This document shows positions 19,127-29,312 of a DNA stretch of 64,000 nucleotides, piece by piece (positions within the stretch are counted from its first letter, which is position 1; each line of letters begins with the position of its first letter). Source of the DNA: a virus; IMG/VR virus record IMGVR_UViG_3300027749_000051, positions 32,001 to 96,000 of that record; one strand, written 5' to 3'. A model generated the notes under the pieces. It had not been told where the DNA came from and ran no database searches. It worked only from the letters and a program-made list of their open reading frames with translations. Made by a program: the position numbers and the translations under genes.

Positions 19127-20797
19127 ATGAAAGAATTGTTGTTTAAAGAGAACTTCGAGAAATACGAAAGCACTGAGTATCATAATTTTAATTTATATGA
19201 TGATTTATCTTATGATGGACGAATTAATCTTTTGGAGTATCAATTGAATATTGCCAAAGATAAAAAGGCTAAACCTGTTTTTGTTATTTCCAAATTTCAT
19301 CAGGATAAGGAGACGTATATGGAAAATTATGGTAATCCTTTTTATTCTTTAATAAAGACCTATCTTATGATAGTTGTCGAGAAAAACGAGAACAAAGTCT
19401 CATTAAAGTTTTTCGAAGGTTTAAGACGACGAGATGTAGGAAAACAATGGTTCACCACTAAGAAGATGATAGATTTTATAACTGTTAATGTTAAAACAGG
19501 TAATATCTATCATGGACATATCTATGATTATCAGTTAAAGAAAGGCGCCAAAAAATCAATTCGTAAGAATACATTTATTAATGAGCCCTTAAATGATCTT
19601 ATGAGTAAAATTAAACATCGTCTTGGTCTATATGGGGATCATTCTTATGATACATTAATGAACGCAGTATCAAAATTTATGAATGAGGTGGATGGTAAAG
19701 ATAGTTCTAATCAGGACACATTATCATTTAGCCAAAGATTATTCCAATATTATCTTGAAAGAAAACGAATAAAATACCCAAATAATTTTTATGTCTACCA
19801 TTCTCAACTTTTTGGACCTTTAAGAAAAGTTTTGAATAAACACAATAATAAATTGATTGAATCGTTTATGGTTTACAATAAACTTTCAGGTAAAAAGATT
19901 AAGAAGGCTCTTCATAATTGTAATAAACTGAATATCTCTTTGTTATCAGAATCTAAAAGATTATTTGGTGATGATTGGATTAATCAAGATGAAGGGGTTA
20001 TAAGTAAGTTACTGGATTCTAAGTTACCATTTCAACCTTATCCTGAAGAATTTAAAAACATGGTTTCACAACAGGAACTTAAGAAAGTGTATGATCTTTT
20101 TAAGGAAGTCTATATTAATAATCAATTAGATGCTTATACATTTTTTGATCATATCCGATTATATACCGAACTTAAGATTTATGGGGAGAACGATCTTAGA
20201 TGGCATTCAACTGATAATAAAGGAACATCATTTCGAGAGGAACACTTGGACTGGTCAGATAAAATACAATATTATAAACAAGGAATATATAAAAGGATTT
20301 ATCCTGATCATTTTTATAAGACTATCCAAAAAGAAATTGATGGATATTTTCCAATCTTACTTGATAATAGTTTTTCTTATAATGGGGAAAGTTCGGTTCA
20401 ATCAAATTGTGTTAAGACTTATATCTCAAGACCAAATTCTTTAATTATTTCATTACGAAAAGGTAGTGGGGATTCTGAGGAACGAGCAACAATTGATTAT
20501 AAATTAACTTTAGATAGAAAGCATAATTTAGTTAATGCTGAGAGGATACAGAGTTTAGGTAAGTTCAATAAGTCACTTGACCCTAGTTGGAATGTGGTGC
20601 TATTTAAATTGGATTTAATTGTCTTATCTTGTGTTATGACAAAATTTGAACCATTTAAAATAGTAAAGGAAACCAAATCAGGGTTTATCTTTAATTCTGA
20701 ATCAGATTGGGATGAGAATGGTAATTTAGTTTGGAATAATGACCTGAGGGCTAATATGGTATTAAATGAACTTGGGATGTTTAATGATTATTTATGA
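19127..20797 (+). CDS. PcfJ-like domain protein
   Basis: YNGESSVQSNCVKTY, ISLR, ERATI; start 19127 follows TATATTTG at 19115-19122. Confidence 0.7.
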   Translation: MKELLFKENFEKYESTEYHNFNLYDDLSYDGRINLLEYQLNIAKDKKAKPVFVISKFHQDKETYMENYGNPFYSLIKTYLMIVVEKNENKVSLKFFEGLRRRDVGKQWFTTKKMIDFITVNVKTGNIYHGHIYDYQLKKGAKKSIRKNTFINEPLNDLMSKIKHRLGLYGDHSYDTLMNAVSKFMNEVDGKDSSNQDTLSFSQRLFQYYLERKRIKYPNNFYVYHSQLFGPLRKVLNKHNNKLIESFMVYNKLSGKKIKKALHNCNKLNISLLSESKRLFGDDWINQDEGVISKLLDSKLPFQPYPEEFKNMVSQQELKKVYDLFKEVYINNQLDAYTFFDHIRLYTELKIYGENDLRWHSTDNKGTSFREEHLDWSDKIQYYKQGIYKRIYPDHFYKTIQKEIDGYFPILLDNSFSYNGESSVQSNCVKTYISRPNSLIISLRKGSGDSEERATIDYKLTLDRKHNLVNAERIQSLGKFNKSLDPSWNVVLFKLDLIVLSCVMTKFEPFKIVKETKSGFIFNSESDWDENGNLVWNNDLRANMVLNELGMFNDYL

Positions 20798-21135
20798 TGA
20801 AGACACCAAAATTAATTAACGCATTAGAGAAAGTTGGGGGTGTATTCTCCGAAACAAATTATGGTCTTTGTAATGGAAATCTTGCGGAGTATCTAAACGG
20901 AAAGAAATTAGATAGGGTTTTTGAGAAGGGAGATTTAAATCAGAGAGGTAAACTTTCTTTTCATGAAATTATTTATAAAAGTCGACAAGACTTTTATCTT
21001 TACATAAAATTAGTTCCAGGAATTGACGAAGTTTGGTCTCTGACTATTTATTATAAACCTGAACAACAGAATGAATTAGTGTTGTTCATAACACAACTTT
21101 TAAAACCATTTATAAATGCAACAAATAACAACTGA
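20794..21135 (+). CDS. hypothetical protein
   Basis: Coupled ORF. Confidence 0.6.
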   Translation: MMKTPKLINALEKVGGVFSETNYGLCNGNLAEYLNGKKLDRVFEKGDLNQRGKLSFHEIIYKSRQDFYLYIKLVPGIDEVWSLTIYYKPEQQNELVLFITQLLKPFINATNNN

Positions 21136-21439
21136 TGAATTAAAAGAAAAAATAGCAAATAAAGAAAGTTTTGTTCTCGATCTTTTTGCGACTTGGTGTG
21201 GTCCGTGCAAGATGATGCACACAAGTATGGTTCATGCTGAACAATTAACAGAACAAAGAGCAAAAGGAAAACCAACTCATAATTTCTATCAATTAGATAT
21301 TGAAAGTGATAGGGAGTATGTTATTGGGGAGTTAGGGATCAGGAGTGTGCCAACACTAAAAGTTTTTACTGAAGGACAAGAAACTTATTCGAAGGCTGGA
21401 GTTTTAACTACGAATGAAATTTATGATTTAGTTAAGTAA
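21116..21439 (+). CDS. thioredoxin
   Basis: ATWCGPC, IRSVPT. Confidence 0.9.
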   Translation: MQQITTDELKEKIANKESFVLDLFATWCGPCKMMHTSMVHAEQLTEQRAKGKPTHNFYQLDIESDREYVIGELGIRSVPTLKVFTEGQETYSKAGVLTTNEIYDLVK

Positions 21440-21440
21440 T

Positions 21441-21746
21441 ATGAAAGATTTAAATATTATCGTGTATACTATGAAGGGGTGTCATCATTGTACTAACTTT
21501 AAGGAAATGTTGGTAAATGAAGGGATTGAGTTTTTTGATCGAGACATTGATGAGTACCAACAAGAATATGATATGTATTGTGAAGTTGCCGAGAATGATT
21601 TAATTCCGGCATTATTAATAATTGAGGGAGACGATAGTAACGATGATCGTAAAACTTTCATATATGCGCCAGACAGGAACTATAATGAGTTGACTGAGGC
21701 ATTAGAATTAATTAACAATCATCGTAGAAACGTCGGAATAATTTAG
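21441..21746 (+). CDS. glutaredoxin-like protein
   Basis: YTMKGCHHC, cis-Pro motif LIP. Confidence 0.8.
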   Translation: MKDLNIIVYTMKGCHHCTNFKEMLVNEGIEFFDRDIDEYQQEYDMYCEVAENDLIPALLIIEGDDSNDDRKTFIYAPDRNYNELTEALELINNHRRNVGII

Positions 21747-22498
21747 ATTATAATAAAGTTTTTATTAATTTTCTTTAAAAAATCGTAATCTTTAAGTGGA
21801 TTTGTGAGTTCAACACTCCAATCCACTTTTTTTATTTCTTTTTCCATCGAGCTCATATCAAAATCAAAGACATCTAATATTGCAGATTTTAAGGTTTTAT
21901 CCTCAGAGTTTGTCTTATGGTTAAAGATTGAGAAATTGGATTCATCCTCATCAATCTTATTACCTGTTAATTTCATTGTAAGGGTGGTAAATGGATAGAT
22001 AGGGGATATGTTATATATGAGGTGTTTGAAGTAATAATAATGTAACCTGCCTTGTCCTAATGAATATCCGTGAGGGAATTCAGAACAATTAATCATATTT
22101 TGGTTATCAACCTTAATTGGCCTTAAATTATAGTCATAAGAACATTTATCTTTAGATAACGATTCGATTTGATCTGGATGATAAGAACAATTAGATGAAT
22201 TAAAGAATGAGAAGATGTATTCTGTTGGTTTATTAATGTCACAATTATACTCAATAAGGTCTATGGTATGGGAAACTTTAACACCTTCAACTAATATGTC
22301 GAATTTTTTAATGAATTCTCCGACAATTTTAGGTAAGTCCAATACTTCATTATGTGAGGTCTTCCCTTTTATAATGTAAAAGTTTATACAGTCTACAACT
22401 TGTATTATTGATTCTTCATCTTGTGGTATTTTATTTAATATAAAATCTGTCAATAAATTTGTTATTGATATTCTGCTTCCAATTTCTTTTAAAATCAT
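21743..22498 (-). CDS. hypothetical protein, possible degenerate MetK fold
   Basis: By-eye resemblance to MetK N-terminal and middle segments; catalytic motifs missing. Confidence 0.4.
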   Translation of the reverse strand: MILKEIGSRISITNLLTDFILNKIPQDEESIIQVVDCINFYIIKGKTSHNEVLDLPKIVGEFIKKFDILVEGVKVSHTIDLIEYNCDINKPTEYIFSFFNSSNCSYHPDQIESLSKDKCSYDYNLRPIKVDNQNMINCSEFPHGYSLGQGRLHYYYFKHLIYNISPIYPFTTLTMKLTGNKIDEDESNFSIFNHKTNSEDKTLKSAILDVFDFDMSSMEKEIKKVDWSVELTNPLKDYDFLKKINKNFIII

Positions 22499-22620
22499 TT
22501 TTAATTAGTACTTATTGTTTATTGTTTGATGAATTATAGTAAAATTAAATAAAAAAACGAATACAAGGTTTCAGTAATAAACCAAATTACTTGTATTTAT
22601 AATTAAGAGTAAAAGTTTTC

Positions 22621-24411
22621 ATGGCAAAAGATATTCTAATTGTACCTAGTAATAGTATTTCACAAACTTCCGATAGAATACCCTATATTAATTTTATTAA
22701 TAATGCGGGTAGTACTCCAATCGCTTTAAAAGTCTTATCAGGCGCAAAAATAACATTCTCTTCTTCAACACAAGCAGACATATTAGTAATAGATCCATCT
22801 AACCTATTGATTTCAGTAGGCTATACTCTTAATGTCCGAAGTTATTTTGCGATTAATGGGGTTCAAATTATTAATGGAACATTAAATTGGGTTGGTCCTA
22901 CTACGAATATTGCTGGTGCACAAGGGGCTCAAGGAACTGCAGGTACGACTGGAGCACAGGGTAATGTTGGAACTGCAGGAGCCCAAGGAGCTGCTAGTAC
23001 AACTACGGGAGCACAAGGGGCTCAAGGAAATACGGGAACTACAGGAACACAAGGATCGATTGGGGCACAAGGAAATACTGGAACTGCGGGATCACAAGGC
23101 GCCACGGGTAATACTGGAGCACAAGGGTCAACAGGAAATATCGGAACCACGGGGCCACAAGGCGCCCAAGGACCTAAAGGGAATCAAGGAGCTCAGGGCG
23201 CTACAGGAACTACGGGATCACAAGGAGCTACAGGAAATACTGGAGCACAAGGATCAACAGGTAATACGGGAACTGCGGGACCACAAGGAGCGACAGGTAA
23301 TACTGGTGCACAAGGGGCAAAAGGTAATACAGGAACTACTGGACCACAAGGGGCACAAGGAAATACTGGATCACAAGGTGCCACAGGAAATACTGGTGTT
23401 GCAGGATCTCAAGGAGCTCAAGGAACTAAAGGACCTCAAGGCGCCACCGGAACTACGGGATCTCAAGGTGCTACTGGAACTACGGGATCTCCTGGACCAA
23501 CAGGCGCTACTGGAACTGCAGGATCTCCTGGACCGACAGGGTCACAAGGGGCGACAGGAACAGCGGGAACTACCGGACCACAAGGAGCACAAGGGTCTCA
23601 AGGGTCTACGGGAACAAAAGGTCCTCAAGGCGCCACAGGAAATGCTGGAGGAACTGGACCAGCCGGACCAACAGGGGCAACAGGAACTAAAGGTCCACAA
23701 GGGGCGACAGGAACTGCTGGAACTGCGGGACCAACAGGATCACAAGGAGCAAAAGGACCTCAGGGATCAACAGGTGCTCAAGGTGCGGTTGGGCCATCAT
23801 CAATTACTTGTTATTCTAATACCACTATGTGGGCGGGTACTTCTAAATGTACCTTCACTTGCCAGTACGCTAAAGGAACGATTGTTTACCCATATCAACA
23901 AACTAGTTATTTGAATTATGCTGCGAATATGTATAGAACAGCAACTAATTGTAGTAATAGTACTTGTGATTTTGCTAGTTGGTGGGCAACTGCAACTGAT
24001 TATAATGATAATACATATTGTCAAGTTCCGAATACAACATGTGGATATTCTACTAGTACCACATTATGTACAAGTTATTCTGATATTAGATTAAAAGGCG
24101 GTATTGAAACCATTGAAAATGCTTTAAATAAGATAATGCAAATCGAAGCGGTTGAATATGATTGGAATAAAAATTTAGATCCTGGATTATATGAATATTT
24201 TGAAAAACAAAAAAAATTACATACAATTGGACTTATAGCACAAAATGTTAGAATGATTTTTCCTGAGGTTGTAAGAATGAATCTTGACGGATATTACTCA
24301 ATCGACTACAAGAAGCTAAATGCTGTCTTAGTGGAAGGTATCAAACAACAGGTAGTATTTGTTGATGAAATTGATAAAGAATTAGATTATTTAGAGTTAA
24401 CTATTAATTAA
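22621..24411 (+). CDS. collagen-like tail/virion fibre 1 with Cys-rich domain and peptidase S74 chaperone
   Basis: About 295 aa Gly-X-Y, then Cys-rich segment, then SDIRLK. Confidence 0.88.
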   Translation: MAKDILIVPSNSISQTSDRIPYINFINNAGSTPIALKVLSGAKITFSSSTQADILVIDPSNLLISVGYTLNVRSYFAINGVQIINGTLNWVGPTTNIAGAQGAQGTAGTTGAQGNVGTAGAQGAASTTTGAQGAQGNTGTTGTQGSIGAQGNTGTAGSQGATGNTGAQGSTGNIGTTGPQGAQGPKGNQGAQGATGTTGSQGATGNTGAQGSTGNTGTAGPQGATGNTGAQGAKGNTGTTGPQGAQGNTGSQGATGNTGVAGSQGAQGTKGPQGATGTTGSQGATGTTGSPGPTGATGTAGSPGPTGSQGATGTAGTTGPQGAQGSQGSTGTKGPQGATGNAGGTGPAGPTGATGTKGPQGATGTAGTAGPTGSQGAKGPQGSTGAQGAVGPSSITCYSNTTMWAGTSKCTFTCQYAKGTIVYPYQQTSYLNYAANMYRTATNCSNSTCDFASWWATATDYNDNTYCQVPNTTCGYSTSTTLCTSYSDIRLKGGIETIENALNKIMQIEAVEYDWNKNLDPGLYEYFEKQKKLHTIGLIAQNVRMIFPEVVRMNLDGYYSIDYKKLNAVLVEGIKQQVVFVDEIDKELDYLELTIN

Positions 24412-25940
24412 TGGCGAACATTATAATATATCCACAAGGTAACGTAGGTAATACGGATCCTAATATTGTTTTTAACGATGGAACAAATCTATTGGCTCTT
24501 AACACTAAGGATCAATATCTATCGTTATCTTCCACGACGGTATCGGCTGGAGTACAAATTGGGGCACAGAATGTTATTGTTTCAGGCGCTACGATTACAG
24601 GACCTACTTCGGGATTATATGTTGGGGCATCTCAAACAAAATGGGTTGATGCTTCAGGTGTGTGGGTTGGATCAACAACAGGTATTAAAGGACCTCAAGG
24701 TGCAATAGGAAATTCAGGAACTGCGGGATCACAAGGAGCTCAAGGTACAGGACCTGGAGCACAAGGAGCTCAAGGTATTGCTGGATCACAAGGGGCGCAA
24801 GGTGCTCAGGGGGCGACAGGTACAGGACAACAAGGTGCTCAGGGCGCACAAGGAAATATTGGTGTTGCGGGATCTCAAGGTGCTCAAGGTACAGGTGTTG
24901 GTGCACAAGGCGCTCAAGGTAATGTTGGCCCTGATGGGGCACAAGGTGCTGGTAGTAAAAGTGCTGGAGCTGTAGGTGCTCAAGGGAATATTGGAATAAC
25001 AGGGGCACAAGGTGCTCAAGGTGCTAATACGGGAGCACAAGGTGCTCAAGGTAACGTAGGACCTACAGGAGCACAAGGTGCTCAAGGCGCCAACACAGGA
25101 GCACAAGGGGCTCAAGGTAATGTGGGTCCGATATCATCCACAGGTGCTCAAGGTCCTACGGGAGCTCAAGGAGCCCAAGGTAATGTGGGAATTGCGGGGG
25201 CACAAGGGAATATAAGTGTAACACAGGGGGCTCAAGGAAATGTGGGACCTACAGGGGCACAAGGGAATATTGGAACTGCTGGATCGACAACTGGTGCGCA
25301 AGGTGCTACAGGTACTGCAGGCGGACCAGGATCTACAGGTGCACAAGGAAACCCAGGTACCAATGGAGGGGCAGGATCGCCAGGGGCAACAGGTAATGCT
25401 GGAAGCGCTGGAGCAACAACTGGAGCACAAGGAGCGACAGGAAGTTTAGGACCTCCAGGTGCAACAACAGGGGCTCAAGGTGCTGTTGGACCGACAGGTG
25501 CGCAAGGTAACCCAGGAACTGCGGGTTCACCTGGACCAACCGGGGCTCAGGGTGCCACAGGATCACAAGGAGCACAAGGTTCTCAAGGTCCTTCTTCAGA
25601 TAGAAGGTTAAAGGATAATATTAAAAAACTTGAAAATGTTTTAGATAAAACAAAACAGATTCAAGGTGTTCAATTTGAATGGAATCACGATCATCCAAAA
25701 ATTAAACAAAAAGAATCTATTGTTTTTCAATCGGCATTTTCTGGAGATGCAATTGGATTTATAGCCCAAGAATTGGAGAAAGTATTACCTGAAGTTGTCT
25801 TTACAGATGAAGATCAGTTTAAATCTGTTGAATATGGACAAATGGTTAGCTTGGGTATTGGAAGTATCCAAGAAGTACAGACTCGTATTGATTCAATAAA
25901 TGAGAGAATAAACAAATTAAAAAAAGTAATCGGTGGCTGA
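24411..25940 (+). CDS. collagen-like fibre 2 with peptidase S74 chaperone
   Basis: About 305 aa interrupted Gly-X-Y; SDRRLK directly after. Confidence 0.88.
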   Translation: MANIIIYPQGNVGNTDPNIVFNDGTNLLALNTKDQYLSLSSTTVSAGVQIGAQNVIVSGATITGPTSGLYVGASQTKWVDASGVWVGSTTGIKGPQGAIGNSGTAGSQGAQGTGPGAQGAQGIAGSQGAQGAQGATGTGQQGAQGAQGNIGVAGSQGAQGTGVGAQGAQGNVGPDGAQGAGSKSAGAVGAQGNIGITGAQGAQGANTGAQGAQGNVGPTGAQGAQGANTGAQGAQGNVGPISSTGAQGPTGAQGAQGNVGIAGAQGNISVTQGAQGNVGPTGAQGNIGTAGSTTGAQGATGTAGGPGSTGAQGNPGTNGGAGSPGATGNAGSAGATTGAQGATGSLGPPGATTGAQGAVGPTGAQGNPGTAGSPGPTGAQGATGSQGAQGSQGPSSDRRLKDNIKKLENVLDKTKQIQGVQFEWNHDHPKIKQKESIVFQSAFSGDAIGFIAQELEKVLPEVVFTDEDQFKSVEYGQMVSLGIGSIQEVQTRIDSINERINKLKKVIGG

Positions 25941-27402
25941 AAATATTATAATTACCCCATCAGGTGCAACCATAAATTTTTATGATTCGGCATCCACATT
26001 GACGACATTGGTTATTACATCAGGTGCGCTAAATTTTAAAAGATCTGGTACGACTTATCTTGCGGTGGATAATACTTATCCGAACTTTAGGACTAATGGT
26101 GGTTCAAATCTATGGGTTAAAAATACTTTAATTAATGACGCTGGAACCTTAATCACAAATAGTGGGTGGGGTGGAACAGCACAGCCAACAGGAGCGCAAG
26201 GCGCTCAAGGTACCGTAGGATCACAAGGTGCTCAAGGTACTGCAGGTTCACAAGGTGCTCAAGGTACTGCGGGACCAACAGGTGCACAAGGAACAACAGG
26301 AGCACAAGGTTCAGTTGGCGCTCAAGGTTCTCAAGGATCACAGGGAGCTCAAGGGACAACTGGAGCACAAGGTTCTCAAGGGGGTCAAGGTGCACAAGGT
26401 TCTCAGGGATCACAAGGAACAACTGGCGCTCAAGGTTCTCAAGGAGGACAAGGTGCTCAAGGTGCCCAAGGATCACAAGGAACAACTGGATCACAAGGTG
26501 CTCAAGGAGGACAAGGCGCTCAAGGAGCTCAAGGATCGCAAGGAACAACTGGATCACAAGGTGCTCAAGGAGGACAAGGTGCTCAAGGAGCTCAGGGATC
26601 TCAAGGGGCTGCTAATGGGGTACAAGGTGCTCAAGGTGGCCAAGGAGCTCAAGGAGCTCAAGGATCGCAAGGAACAACTGGATCTCAAGGTGCTCAGGGA
26701 GGACAAGGTTCTCAAGGTGCTCAGGGAGGACAAGGTTCTCAAGGAGCACAAGGATCGACAGGAGGACAAGGAGCACAAGGATCACAAGGAAGTGGTGGAG
26801 GTAGCGGACCTCAAGGTGCTCAAGGAGCCCAAGGATCTGCAGCAGGAAGTGGACCAACTGGAGCACAAGGAGCACAAGGTGCCGCGGGTGGCCAAGGATC
26901 ACAGGGTGCGCAAGGATCAACGGGACCGGCAGGTCCTCAAGGATCACAAGGTGCTGCGGGTGGTCAAGGATCACAAGGAGCTCAAGGATCTGCTGCAGGT
27001 GCGGGACCAACAGGTGCTCAAGGTGCTACAGGATCACAAGGAGCTCAAGGAGCCACAGGATCACCAGGTCCATCAGATGCACGACTCAAACGTAATATTA
27101 GATCAATTGAGAATCCATTATCTAAAGTTAAGAAGATTAGAGGAGTTTCTTTTATATGGAATGATAAGAGTGTAAATGAATCATCCGAGAGAGATATTGG
27201 ATTTATTGCTCAGGAACTTCAATATGTGTTACCTGAATTGGTGTTTAAAAATAATAAAGAAAATTCGTTCTACCAAGTTAAATATGGAGATATTATTGCA
27301 CTTTGTTTGGAGGCAATTAAAGAACAATCTGAATTACTTATACTTAGGGAAGAAAGATTGGGAAGAATAGAAACAAGAGCAAAAGAAAAGGGACTAATTT
27401 AA
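25933..27402 (+). CDS. collagen-like fibre 3 with peptidase S74 chaperone
   Basis: GTG start overlapping previous gene; about 295 aa GAQ/GSQ; SDARLK. Confidence 0.88.
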   Translation: MAENIIITPSGATINFYDSASTLTTLVITSGALNFKRSGTTYLAVDNTYPNFRTNGGSNLWVKNTLINDAGTLITNSGWGGTAQPTGAQGAQGTVGSQGAQGTAGSQGAQGTAGPTGAQGTTGAQGSVGAQGSQGSQGAQGTTGAQGSQGGQGAQGSQGSQGTTGAQGSQGGQGAQGAQGSQGTTGSQGAQGGQGAQGAQGSQGTTGSQGAQGGQGAQGAQGSQGAANGVQGAQGGQGAQGAQGSQGTTGSQGAQGGQGSQGAQGGQGSQGAQGSTGGQGAQGSQGSGGGSGPQGAQGAQGSAAGSGPTGAQGAQGAAGGQGSQGAQGSTGPAGPQGSQGAAGGQGSQGAQGSAAGAGPTGAQGATGSQGAQGATGSPGPSDARLKRNIRSIENPLSKVKKIRGVSFIWNDKSVNESSERDIGFIAQELQYVLPELVFKNNKENSFYQVKYGDIIALCLEAIKEQSELLILREERLGRIETRAKEKGLI

Positions 27403-27415
27403 GTCCCTTTTTTTA
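27386..27415. terminator. bidirectional intrinsic terminator
   Basis: AAAAGGGACT-aattta-AGTCCCTTTT between convergent genes. Confidence 0.75.
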
Positions 27416-28399
27416 TTAGATATAGTCACTAAAAAACTCGTTAACATTTTTTTCAACCTCACGATAATCGGGATAGTCAGGTGGACTTACACTTATACAG
27501 TCAATAGACTCCTTTAATATAGATAGGTATACTGGATCATAGTCTAAGCTATATGAATGCTCGCTGGATAGGAAATCATTTATAATACCTTCAAAATTTA
27601 TGATTGGTAGTCTATAGGTGTAAACTGTTGTGTTTGCGTGAAATTTATGGGGTCTTGATAATGTTTCACCACGACCTTCAAAATAGTCGTTTATTTCACT
27701 CCATATACTATTATAAATTTCGGATTCATATGCATTTTGATAGGCATTACCATGAATAGAATATAATTCACTTTTCAAATCTGCAAGTTCGTCATTTAAT
27801 AAACGCTTCATTGTTTTTTCGTCCTTCACGATTCGTTCAACATTAGATTCATTCACCTCAACATAATCATCATGTCCTTGTTCTTCGGCTATGGATTCTA
27901 GTTCATCAGTTGTAGGTTCAATCTTTATCCCATTTAAATTATCTATAATGTAGGTGAATAATGTTTTTTGATTTTTAGGGTTAAGTTCTTCAATTACATC
28001 TCGGTATACATCATCAGTTGTATCATATCCATAATCACTATCGTACTCACCACTTAGAATTGATTCAATAGTGTCTTGTGCAATGTCATTTCTTCCATCA
28101 CAGAATAGTTTAGCAATATCTCCTAAATTATCTATTTCTAAATAAGGTTTTCCATCTATAAATTCAACATCATATAAAATGTCTGATAAAGTTTTATAGT
28201 ATAATGGTTTGTCATTTTCGTATGCCCATAAAATAAATTGATTTTGCCATTCTTCTGAATCTTTTGATGCGGGATCTATTTCAGAGATTAAACCTTTTCT
28301 TTTAACAAAATTAAAAAAGTTTTGGTAACTTCCAATATATGGAAGATATTGATTAAAATCGCCATTATTTAAGGCGTCTATAAGGTATTTGATATCCAT
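27416..28399 (-). CDS. acidic hypothetical protein
   Basis: 327-aa ORF; TATTTAT motif upstream on minus strand. Confidence 0.65.
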   Translation of the reverse strand: MDIKYLIDALNNGDFNQYLPYIGSYQNFFNFVKRKGLISEIDPASKDSEEWQNQFILWAYENDKPLYYKTLSDILYDVEFIDGKPYLEIDNLGDIAKLFCDGRNDIAQDTIESILSGEYDSDYGYDTTDDVYRDVIEELNPKNQKTLFTYIIDNLNGIKIEPTTDELESIAEEQGHDDYVEVNESNVERIVKDEKTMKRLLNDELADLKSELYSIHGNAYQNAYESEIYNSIWSEINDYFEGRGETLSRPHKFHANTTVYTYRLPIINFEGIINDFLSSEHSYSLDYDPVYLSILKESIDCISVSPPDYPDYREVEKNVNEFFSDYI

Positions 28400-28465
28400 A
28401 ACTTATAAATATAAAAAAAGGGACAAATATATTTGTCCCTTTTAAAAAAATGAATAACTTTGTGA

Positions 28466-28639
28466 TTAGATTGTTTTTTTATTCACATTGTAATATTTTT
28501 CAACAGTTTTTTTGATTGCCGCTTTGATTCCTTCAGTTTGAGCTTGTTTACCGGCTGCTTGAGCCTGTTGTACTTGTTCTTGTGTTTGAGCTTGTGTTTG
28601 AGCATCATTATTACTACCTTTACATCCACATCCTGCCAT
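28466..28639 (-). CDS. 57-aa MAGCGCK-start, Gln-rich protein (not in ORF track)
   Basis: MAGCGCKGSNNDAQTQAQTQEQVQQAQAAGK... Confidence 0.7.
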   Translation of the reverse strand: MAGCGCKGSNNDAQTQAQTQEQVQQAQAAGKQAQTEGIKAAIKKTVEKYYNVNKKTI

Positions 28640-28659
28640 GATAATTGTTTTTTTTTTGT

Positions 28660-29247
28660 TTAGTTTATTATTTTAAAAATATGTTTATAACAAGTTTTTC
28701 TTATTGATCCTGTGCTTCCATTATGGACTTTTTTACCTCTTAATGAATATGATAACTTCATTCTAACATAAGACGGTTTACCTTTAGTAAATCCATTACT
28801 AATTAAGTAATTTGCTCCATCGACTAATGTTTCAAATATAAGTTCCTGTTTAGTTTCTATGTTTATTAATGAAAATTTACTAAAATTTCCATTTTTATTT
28901 TGATTGTATTTTGATAATTTAATTTTAACTTCATCATTGTAACAATTTCTTCGAAACTCATTAACAGTTGCTAAATTATAACCAAAATCTAGTTGATTAG
29001 ATTTATATTGGTTAATATAGTAGTTTTCTCGTTCAATCAATAGTTTTGGTTCACAATATTCGAGACATTCAAATATAAAAGAGTCTTTACCAAATTTATT
29101 ATATGAATTTTGTAAATAATCATTATCGTGAATATTTTTATTTAACATCCAAAAATGTTTAGACTTTCGTTTTTTAATTTTTAAAGAACTACCTATATAA
29201 ACCTTATTATTTATGATGTTAGTTATTTTATATATTCCACATCCCAT
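28660..29247 (-). CDS. GIY-YIG homing endonuclease (Seg/I-TevI-like)
   Basis: GIYKITNIINNKVYIGSS..R...H; E..YI; GYN. Confidence 0.88.
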   Translation of the reverse strand: MGCGIYKITNIINNKVYIGSSLKIKKRKSKHFWMLNKNIHDNDYLQNSYNKFGKDSFIFECLEYCEPKLLIERENYYINQYKSNQLDFGYNLATVNEFRRNCYNDEVKIKLSKYNQNKNGNFSKFSLINIETKQELIFETLVDGANYLISNGFTKGKPSYVRMKLSYSLRGKKVHNGSTGSIRKTCYKHIFKIIN

Positions 29248-29312
29248 AATAATAAGTATTCTCTTTATTGAAATATAGAGATAAATGACTATTTATTAAA
29301 TAAAAAACACTC

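Noticed and set aside
22882-27370. Long alternative-frame and antisense ORFs over the collagen genes (e.g. 22892-23914, 26228-27175)
   Set aside because: Expected by-products of GGN-NNN-CAA periodicity; no independent motifs or starts.
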